A DNA stretch of 64,000 nt from Candidatus Gastranaerophilales bacterium. Lineage in GTDB: Bacteria > Cyanobacteriota > Vampirovibrionia > Gastranaerophilales > Gastranaerophilaceae. The position numbers were made by a program, and so were the translations under genes. Position 1 is the stretch's first letter. Each line of letters begins with the position of its first letter. The DNA is taken from the NCBI GenBank assembly GCA_944326015.1, contig CALVCJ010000001.1, forward strand, positions 1,068-65,067, read 5' to 3'. Under the pieces are notes generated by a model. It was not told the origin of the DNA and did not search any database. It saw nothing but the letters and a program-made list of their open reading frames with translations. Of this stretch, positions 56,578 through 64,000 are shown piece by piece.

Positions 56578-57510
56578 ATGGCAAATTTGAAAGATATAAA
56601 AAACAGAATACAAAGTGTTAAAAGTACACAAAAAATAACACGTGCAATGAAAATGGTTGCGGCAGCAAAAGTTAAAAGGGCTGAAAACACAGTAAAAGCA
56701 TCACGTCCATTTACAACAGAGCTTACCTCCATGTTGAAAAAACTTTTAGCGTCAGTCGATTTCTACAGTGCTCAAAGCCTTAAAATAAAGTCAGCAATTG
56801 ATAATTATCCTAAACTTCTGCAGATCAGAGAAATTAAAACAGTAGGACTTCTTGTTATTACATCCAATAAAGGACTTGCAGGCGCTTACAATGCTAATAT
56901 TGTAAGAAAAACTTTACAAACTATAAAAGATTATGAAGAAAAAGGAATAAAGACAATTCTATTTGTAGCAGGCCAAAAGGGAATATCTGCATTAAAGCGT
57001 AAATGTAAAGACTACAATTGTGAAATCGCAAAAACATATCTTAACGTTGTAAATTCGCCCTCCGGGGAAGGTGCAAAAATTATAATAGAAGATATAGCAG
57101 AATATTTTGTTTCTCAAAAAATAGATAAAATTGAAATAATAACTACGCGTTTCAAAAATATGATGAGTTATTTTGTGGAAAACTGGGATATTTTGCCGCT
57201 AAAAGGTCTATATGATGATTCTGAACGTATTAAAGACGGAATATTAGATCCTTTGATGGAATTTATACCGGATATGCACAATATTTTGCAAAAAGTTGTT
57301 CCAATGTATATGACAAATATTTTGTATCAATCGCTATTAGAAGCACAAGCAAGCGAACTTGCAAGCAGAATGACAGCAATGTCTGCAGCTACAAGCAACG
57401 CAGAAAAAATGATTAACGAGTTGTCAGTTGCATATAATAAAACTCGCCAGTTCGCTATCACTCAGGAAATTATAGAAGTTGTATCAGGTGCCAATGCGCA
57501 GTTAGGTTAA
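56578..57510 (+). CDS. atpG: ATP synthase F1 subunit gamma
   Basis: MANLKDIKNRIQSVKSTQKITRAMKMVAAAK; SELASRMTAMSAATSNA; RQFAITQEIIEVVSGA. Confidence 0.96.
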   Translation: MANLKDIKNRIQSVKSTQKITRAMKMVAAAKVKRAENTVKASRPFTTELTSMLKKLLASVDFYSAQSLKIKSAIDNYPKLLQIREIKTVGLLVITSNKGLAGAYNANIVRKTLQTIKDYEEKGIKTILFVAGQKGISALKRKCKDYNCEIAKTYLNVVNSPSGEGAKIIIEDIAEYFVSQKIDKIEIITTRFKNMMSYFVENWDILPLKGLYDDSERIKDGILDPLMEFIPDMHNILQKVVPMYMTNILYQSLLEAQASELASRMTAMSAATSNAEKMINELSVAYNKTRQFAITQEIIEVVSGANAQLG

Positions 57511-58019
57511 TATAATTAAAAACAGAATAGATAAGTTATCTTACTCCTATAGCATGTGACAAATGTTATAGTTGCGCAAATATTTAAACTTATAGGAAAT
57601 CTGTTCTATTAAATTGGGAGTAATTTGTCAAGTGAAACGCCTAAGGCTCTCACAATATTGGCAAGCAAAAGAATTGTAGGAACAAACTTTTTCATTCTCA
57701 ATACAATATAAATGCTTCGGGGTAATCTCAGCTTACTCAGTCAAATATTCCTGAGAATATTATTAGGCAGAGACATATATAAGTTTTATATTATGCAGAA
57801 GTAAAGGTCAATGCAATGTAGAAAGTAATCAAGTCAGAGCAAAATATTGTGCACCAAAGTGGACACAATATCCTATAAGAGATGAGTTTATACACGATTG
57901 CTATTACCCTGTACATATTATTGCACAATATTACTAGAAGAAAATCAGTATGAATTTCCTAAAGATTATCCAAAAGGTCTACAAAAAGCCTTATATTAAT
58001 ATATTAGTTATTTGATATT

Positions 58020-59684
58020 TTACATCTGGGTACTCAAAAAAGCAAGGTTTTCAGGTGTAAGCATATTTTCATATTGCTGGTTGAAAGAAGGATTAGCTTT
58101 TGCCCTTTCAGCTGCAATACGTGCTTTGCGCCTTGCTTCAGATTTATTTGTCATATATATATTCAAATTTGGAATACCTACACCAAGCACAAGTCCAGAA
58201 TACAAGTAGCCTGCAATCTGAGCAATACTTAATGCTCTGAGTTTACCTTTTGTTTCTTTACGAATAGCTTCTGCAACCTGTGGCGATGCAATTTTATTGA
58301 GCATACTTTTAAAACTTAAAGCTTTTCCATTCTCTATAGTATCAATTCCTGCAGCTTTTAACCCTCTGTGCAAAACTTCATCACGAGTTACCAGAGGTGC
58401 CTTTATAATTTTATTAAAGAAACCTTTACCATGCTCTTTTTCACTGTAATTAAGAAGGCTTTGATCCATTGAATTCGCAACCATTTTTGCAACAAAATTA
58501 CCTAAAACAAGCCAGTTAAAGAAACCAAGAACATCTTTAACAACAGATTCTCTGAGCTCATCTTTATCGCGCGCAACTATAAATCTCGACATTATAGTAA
58601 CACCATATATAAATTTAAATTGATCAAGTGTTGGAACTAGCCCCCTGAACTGAATTTTTTTCAATAATCCCTTCAATCCACTGCGCATTCCTATTGTTGC
58701 AAGAATTCCTCCGCCAAAAACACCTGCTGCGGCAACTTTCATAGCCTTAAAACCAAGAGAATTATCTTTTTCACGACCTTCTACTCCGACAAAGCCGTCG
58801 CTGCCAGTTTTCTTTTTTGTAAGATAAATATTTAACGGCTGAATTGACATCCCGACAGCAGAAGCAATACCAAGTCCTAAAATTGAACGTCCAAGGTTCA
58901 TACGCTTCAAAGCAGCAAGATATTTATTATCTTTTAACTCACTTTTAAAAGCATTTTTGATGTTTTCGTTTTCATTAACAAATGTCCTTGAAACATTATA
59001 AACACTTTCAAGTAAGTTGGCTATAGAAGTTGTTTTTTGATCCTGAGCAAGTCTGAAAGAGTTTTCAGATCCAGTAGAATGAGTTATAACTGATTGTGCA
59101 TAGGCCTTTAAATCTTTTGAAATAGTAACAGGTGCATTTTTTGAGTTTAAAACATCACTAAATTTATTAACAACATCCTTTATCTTATCTTCCGGAATTT
59201 TTTTCCAATCATCACCGACACGTGTTTCCGTTCCTGAGAAAACATCTCTCAAATAGGCTTTAACAGTGTCTTGCTTATTCTTTGGCAGTGCTGATTTAAT
59301 CTGCTTATCCCACGCCTTTGCAAGAACAGATAGAGTTTCATCATCAACAAACAATTTATGTGCTTTAATTCCATAATGTTTGTTTAATGCAGTAGCTAAA
59401 GCCAAACCTGCAATAGTACCATATACACCTACAAGAGAATGATTTATGGTACCGGAAGCTTCTCTTCTACCAGTTTCCATACCAGCAGCAGGACCTCTAC
59501 TAACAAAATCTACAGTTGTTCTAGGAATTACCATTGAAGCAAGATCAACAGCGTTAGCACCCCAAGCCTGGTTAGTATCAAGAAATCTTAAAAAAACATC
59601 TACTGAACCTGAGAAATTGATATTATCCTTTTTGTATTCATTATTTTGTTGTAATCGGGGTGATGTTATATTTTGAACTTGCAT
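58020..59684 (-). CDS. lineage-specific multi-pass membrane protein (paralog of 59698..61398)
   Basis: DLASMVIPRT...METGRREASG; DELRESVVKDVLGF; several hydrophobic helices. Confidence 0.8.
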   Translation of the reverse strand: MQVQNITSPRLQQNNEYKKDNINFSGSVDVFLRFLDTNQAWGANAVDLASMVIPRTTVDFVSRGPAAGMETGRREASGTINHSLVGVYGTIAGLALATALNKHYGIKAHKLFVDDETLSVLAKAWDKQIKSALPKNKQDTVKAYLRDVFSGTETRVGDDWKKIPEDKIKDVVNKFSDVLNSKNAPVTISKDLKAYAQSVITHSTGSENSFRLAQDQKTTSIANLLESVYNVSRTFVNENENIKNAFKSELKDNKYLAALKRMNLGRSILGLGIASAVGMSIQPLNIYLTKKKTGSDGFVGVEGREKDNSLGFKAMKVAAAGVFGGGILATIGMRSGLKGLLKKIQFRGLVPTLDQFKFIYGVTIMSRFIVARDKDELRESVVKDVLGFFNWLVLGNFVAKMVANSMDQSLLNYSEKEHGKGFFNKIIKAPLVTRDEVLHRGLKAAGIDTIENGKALSFKSMLNKIASPQVAEAIRKETKGKLRALSIAQIAGYLYSGLVLGVGIPNLNIYMTNKSEARRKARIAAERAKANPSFNQQYENMLTPENLAFLSTQM

Positions 59685-59697
59685 AATTAACTACTCC

Positions 59698-61398
59698 TTA
59701 CGAATTGACAAATGAGCTAAACATTGAGTTACTTTTTATTATTGACTTTGAAAATGCATATTCTGCTGAAGTCGTTGCATCTGCAAAATTAGAATTTTCA
59801 CCAGACTGAGCAGTATTTAAGTTCTTTTGCGCATTTAAATTCGAGAGTTCTTCTGCATGCTTTTTGTTGGTTTTCGACCTTGTATAAATAGGGATAAATA
59901 CACCCAATGCCAGTAGAGAGAATAAAATATTACCTATCTGGCATACTGTTCTCAGACGTTTATCTTCGATTGTTTTTAATTCGTCTGAAGATTTAAGTGA
60001 AGTATGTTTGGCCCAGTGCCAGAATTTTTTAAATACATTTGCATCTTTATCAGGTGCTTCCTTCAACCTGTTTATCAAATGAACACCTTTGTTTTTATTC
60101 TTATGTTCTAAAAATGTTGCAATTCCTTTGGCTACATAATCTCCAAGGAAATAAAAACTTGAAAACGTTGCAATATCACGAACAGTAGCTTCTCGTAATT
60201 CATTTCTGTCTTCCGAAGCTCCCATACGGCTTGCAAAAGTAGCTGTCGAAATTATACGCGCCTGATCCATTGTCGGGAAAATACCTTTAAACTGAAAAAT
60301 ATTTTTCCACACCGGTCGATCCATAAACATTGAAAGACAACATACACCTAACATTGAACCAATTGAAATAAATTTTTGAACCAGTAGCTCCTGCTTTTCC
60401 TTAGGGCTCAACTCTTTATGTTCACTGTCCTTTGCAAAATCCTTATAAATCGGAGCACCTTTCTTGCCTGAAACTTTATGTGTTATCCATCTATTTATAG
60501 GCTGCATTGAAATTGCAAGCGGTATAATTAAGCCCAACCCTCCTATGCTCTTCCAATTTACAAGCTTTTTAGCACTACTAAAGTACTTCGAAAGTATATT
60601 AGAGTCAGTAATATTTTCTTTAACAACCCCTCTAACCATTTTTACGGTATCTTCACACAGCGATTCCAAATTATTGGAGAAAAAGCCTTGATCACCTTTA
60701 AATTTAATATTTTCCGCTATTAAGGTTTCGCTGACAATATCGCGATAAGCTTTCTTAAATGCTTTTGAACTGTATTTATTTGCTTGTGTAAGATTTACAA
60801 GCTCGGTTACAGCATTATGTACTTTTTCATTTCCTATTTTACCTGAAAATTTACCGTCTACATCACGCTGTATTTTCAGTATATCTGCGAAATCTTTAAT
60901 TTCTTTACCATCAATACCAACAAGACTACCCAGTTGGTCACGGAAAGTATTGTATATTTTTTCTTTTTGGTCAATACCTGATGCATCTTTATAATATTTT
61001 TGAATTTTATTAATAGCATCTTCATTTGCCCAGGTATTTATAAGATTTGACTTTTTAAAGCCACTCATTATTGGCCGCTGTAAAAGTCCAGCAACAGCCA
61101 TTACAATAAAACTTGGGATTAAACAATTCACGATAAGTCCGGAAGATTCTCGCCTGAAAGCTTCAAAACCAGCATAACCGTTTGATTCTTTAGTTTCTAC
61201 AATTGTACGCGGAATAATAGCAGTAGATAAATCCAGTACTGAAACATTAATCATAGGTTGTTTTTCACACTGCTGAACAAGCCAAATAGCACCGTCTGCC
61301 AAACCATTAAATGACGGATTAACTTCATTTTTTGCACTACAATACCCTTCCGGGGTATTCTTTTTATTTACACTAGCTATACTAACTTTTTCAATCAT
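59698..61398 (-). CDS. lineage-specific multi-pass membrane protein (paralog of 58020..59684)
   Basis: DLSTAIIPRT...FEAFRRESSG; NELREATVRDIATF. Confidence 0.8.
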   Translation of the reverse strand: MIEKVSIASVNKKNTPEGYCSAKNEVNPSFNGLADGAIWLVQQCEKQPMINVSVLDLSTAIIPRTIVETKESNGYAGFEAFRRESSGLIVNCLIPSFIVMAVAGLLQRPIMSGFKKSNLINTWANEDAINKIQKYYKDASGIDQKEKIYNTFRDQLGSLVGIDGKEIKDFADILKIQRDVDGKFSGKIGNEKVHNAVTELVNLTQANKYSSKAFKKAYRDIVSETLIAENIKFKGDQGFFSNNLESLCEDTVKMVRGVVKENITDSNILSKYFSSAKKLVNWKSIGGLGLIIPLAISMQPINRWITHKVSGKKGAPIYKDFAKDSEHKELSPKEKQELLVQKFISIGSMLGVCCLSMFMDRPVWKNIFQFKGIFPTMDQARIISTATFASRMGASEDRNELREATVRDIATFSSFYFLGDYVAKGIATFLEHKNKNKGVHLINRLKEAPDKDANVFKKFWHWAKHTSLKSSDELKTIEDKRLRTVCQIGNILFSLLALGVFIPIYTRSKTNKKHAEELSNLNAQKNLNTAQSGENSNFADATTSAEYAFSKSIIKSNSMFSSFVNS

Positions 61399-61632
61399 AA
61401 TAAAGTCTGGTCTTAAATTTCATACCTATTATAACAATGATACATTCTTATTAAAAGACGTGCAGAAAAAAAATTGCCACTAAAATTGTTCATGTTAAGG
61501 ATATATTAAGAGTCAAATGTGTTTTTTTTATTAAAAATAAAATATATTTCAAAAAATTTGTCAAAAATAAATAAAAAAAAACGCTAAAGAATAATTTAAA
61601 TAAACAAAATTTTTACAAAAGAACTAAAAAAA

Positions 61633-61650
61633 AATGTAAAAAATTGTAAC
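61633..61650 (-). promoter_or_regulatory. HLR1-type direct repeat (RpaB/OmpR-family site)
   Basis: Minus strand GTTACAAT-TT-TTTACATT, an exact match, about 235 bp upstream of the 59698..61398 start. Confidence 0.55.
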
Positions 61651-61692
61651 AAATACATTTAAAACTATAGGATAATATAGAAACAGTATATA

Positions 61693-63090
61693 CTAAACAA
61701 GCTTTTTAACAAATTCAACAGCATGCTCTTTTGTTGTTACATCACCTGAAATTTGAGCTTCATGTAATGCATTCATAATATCTCCAAGCTTTTTAGACGG
61801 CTTAATATTCAAAATTTTCATAACATCGTTACCGTCTAATAATTTTGGCAGAGGTTTTAATGTCTCGTGTACTTCAAGACAAAAGCGCAAAAGCATATTT
61901 AAAGATGTAATATTGCGCTCCACTATTTCATCGGTAATTTCAGGACCACGGGCAGAAAGTCTGTCAGCCTGCGCCAGAATAATCGCATCAATGGAATTTT
62001 TATCCATTTTTCTTACATAACGCATCATGATTTTTTCAGTAATCTGGGGAGAAGTCATTACATGCGACGGATAAATATGATATTTTATCATTGAAGAAAT
62101 ATAATCAATCTGTTTGTTTGAAAAATGCAAGTCTTTTAATATCTTAACAGACAATTTAGCACCTACATCATCGTGTTTGATAAATCTATGTTTTCCTTCT
62201 TCAATAGTCCATGTAGAAAACTTGCCTATATCATGCATGAATCCTGCAAGTTTTAAATGCGCCAGCCTTGAAAATCCGCCGAAATCAATTCTGTTAAGAT
62301 GCTCTTTTACATCATCAGAGGCATTATCATACAAACATTGAATCTGTCTGACAGTTTCAATAGAATGGTGAAATAAATCCAGATGATGATGTGCATTCGG
62401 CGGAACCTGCTTCAACTCTTTTACAAAAGGAAAAATTTCTTCAAGAATCCAGGTTTTATTCATGTTTTCAAGAGCTAAATGAGCATATTCGCCGCTAAAA
62501 AGCTTTAAAAGTTCATAATTAATACGTTCAACAGCAGACTTATGAATTAAATCAGAATATTTACACACTGCATTGATGGTTTCCGGAGCAAGCTGAAAAC
62601 CGTATAATGCCTGAAATCTGTAAACCCTCAATAGTCTAAGTGGATCATCTACAAAATTCAGTTCATTAATATAATTTATACATTTATTCTTTATATCCGT
62701 AACACCGCCTGATATATCTATCACATCACCTGTTCGAATATTCATAGCAATCGCATTAATAGTCAAATCCCTGCGCATCAAATCCTTTTCAATAGAATCT
62801 CCTGCTGGATTTGTAACATCTATATAGTTAATTTTATCAGGCAGAACAAGCCTATAAATTTTATTTTCTTCATCAAGAGGTACAAATGCTGCATCAAACA
62901 AATCTTTAATTTTAAGTGCAAATTCACGGGCATCCTCATCCATTACAATAATATCTCTGTCAGTGCTTTCTATTCCCATATAATAATCACGCACAGCGCC
63001 GCCAACAAGATAAATTTCATTATCGAATTTTTTAATTATTTTAGATAAAATTTTATCAAATTTAATTTTTTCTATAATTTTCGAATTCAT
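61693..63090 (-). CDS. cca: class II tRNA nucleotidyltransferase with HD domain, probably CC-adding type
   Basis: LVGGAVRD..TDRD; DLMRRDLTINAIA; DDPLRLLRVYRF; HDIGK; short loop before RRD. Confidence 0.85.
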   Translation of the reverse strand: MNSKIIEKIKFDKILSKIIKKFDNEIYLVGGAVRDYYMGIESTDRDIIVMDEDAREFALKIKDLFDAAFVPLDEENKIYRLVLPDKINYIDVTNPAGDSIEKDLMRRDLTINAIAMNIRTGDVIDISGGVTDIKNKCINYINELNFVDDPLRLLRVYRFQALYGFQLAPETINAVCKYSDLIHKSAVERINYELLKLFSGEYAHLALENMNKTWILEEIFPFVKELKQVPPNAHHHLDLFHHSIETVRQIQCLYDNASDDVKEHLNRIDFGGFSRLAHLKLAGFMHDIGKFSTWTIEEGKHRFIKHDDVGAKLSVKILKDLHFSNKQIDYISSMIKYHIYPSHVMTSPQITEKIMMRYVRKMDKNSIDAIILAQADRLSARGPEITDEIVERNITSLNMLLRFCLEVHETLKPLPKLLDGNDVMKILNIKPSKKLGDIMNALHEAQISGDVTTKEHAVEFVKKLV

Positions 63091-63811
63091 AAATAACATT
63101 TCCTAAAGCAACCGTTACAGCTGTATCAGCTTTTAATATAAGATTCCCTAGAGTAAGCATCGGGATATTGGCAACTTCAAAAAGTTCAAATTCTTTTTGA
63201 GAAAAACCTCCTTCAGGTCCTATAATTATCACAATTTTTTCGCCAGGCTTAACGGGACTTTTTGAACAATATTCATGCAGAGAAAGTGAAGCAAAGTGTT
63301 CGCAAAATGCAATAACCCGATACCCTTCATTTTTTAATTTTATAATATTTTCTAAATTAGTCAACCCGTAACATGTGGGAATATATGCTCTTTCACACTG
63401 TTTAGATGCTTCAAGCATAATTCTCTGCCATTTAGGGATTTTCTTTTCGATAACACTTCGACAGATAGCACAATTATCAGTATAAACAGGATAAATACCC
63501 TCTGCCCCGAGTTCGGTTGCTTTTTCAATAAGCCGTGACTGAGCATCACTCCGTAGCGGACTTTGCGCAAGGTATAATCCAAAATCCAGCCTTCTATCAG
63601 AGTAATAATTATTTTCAACATAAACTGTTATTTCCTTATTTGTAATTTCATCAACAACAGTTTCGTATTGAATTTGATTTTCGTCAATTAAAAGGAGTTT
63701 TTCACCTTTTTTAATCCGTAATGATTTTGCAATATGCTTAAAATTATCTTTATCAGAAATAACAATTTTATTATCAATAACATCTTTTGAATTTATAAAA
63801 AAATGCGGCAT
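63062..63811 (-). CDS. rsmE: 16S rRNA m3U1498 methyltransferase
   Basis: MPHFF; HIAKSLR; EKATELG; EASKQCER; IGPEGGFS; LILKADTA. Confidence 0.95.
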   Translation of the reverse strand: MPHFFINSKDVIDNKIVISDKDNFKHIAKSLRIKKGEKLLLIDENQIQYETVVDEITNKEITVYVENNYYSDRRLDFGLYLAQSPLRSDAQSRLIEKATELGAEGIYPVYTDNCAICRSVIEKKIPKWQRIMLEASKQCERAYIPTCYGLTNLENIIKLKNEGYRVIAFCEHFASLSLHEYCSKSPVKPGEKIVIIIGPEGGFSQKEFELFEVANIPMLTLGNLILKADTAVTVALGNVIYEFENYRKN

Positions 63812-64000
63812 TTTAACTCCTTACAAAATTTATTTTACTATAAACAATAAGATATGTTATCGGAAGTTAAACAATCTACTAAAGATATCTTGTTAGTACT
63901 TACTTGTACCGACAAGCGGATTGCAAGCTGAGGCTGGAGTGACGGATGCGTTGAGCATTCGACACGCAATGACGTTAAGAGCGAGCAACCAAGCGAAAGT

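Noticed and set aside
3423-63621. Many short ORF-track entries antisense to or nested in long genes (e.g. 5447..5680, 12311..12580, 22064..22420, 29427..29816, 49552..50061, 55070..55327)
   Set aside because: They are shadow ORFs of well-supported genes, with no RBS or family motifs.
1-64000. CRISPR array, tRNA, rRNA, transposase or integrase
   Set aside because: No regularly spaced repeats, cloverleaf or rRNA signatures, or DDE/tyrosine recombinase motifs were seen by eye.

Overview
An AT-rich chromosomal segment from a non-photosynthetic cyanobacterial relative, most likely Melainabacteria/Vampirovibrionia (Gastranaerophilales). The assignment is inferred from a cyanobacterial-type ATP synthase cluster (two b subunits, atpD/atpC absent here), SigG-, Hik33/NblS- and ClpC-N-like proteins, a CC-adding-type tRNA nucleotidyltransferase and anaerobe-type superoxide reductase/ferritin. 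Most genes are housekeeping (murF, rplU-rpmA, obgE, tsaD, pyk, lgt, tilS-hpt, uvrB, glgC, birA, atpBEFFHAG, rsmE), interleaved with lineage-specific genes. Highlights: (1) a type IV pilin-like gene with intact promoter, RBS and ATG that is out of frame at a G10 tract, a candidate phase-variation switch; (2) two perfect HLR1 (RpaB-type) direct repeats upstream of lineage-specific genes, plus a Hik33/NblS-like kinase; (3) a large Alu-containing SRP RNA; (4) a candidate MTP18/MTFP1-like protein; (5) a standalone FlhA cytoplasmic-domain fusion and signal-peptide-less proteins that could be export substrates; (6) standalone ClpX zinc-finger and six-repeat Clp-N proteins; (7) a degenerate CpaF ATPase; (8) a missed 51-aa CxxC ORF. 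No rRNA, tRNA, CRISPR array or transposase was seen. All family assignments are by eye; no searches were run.
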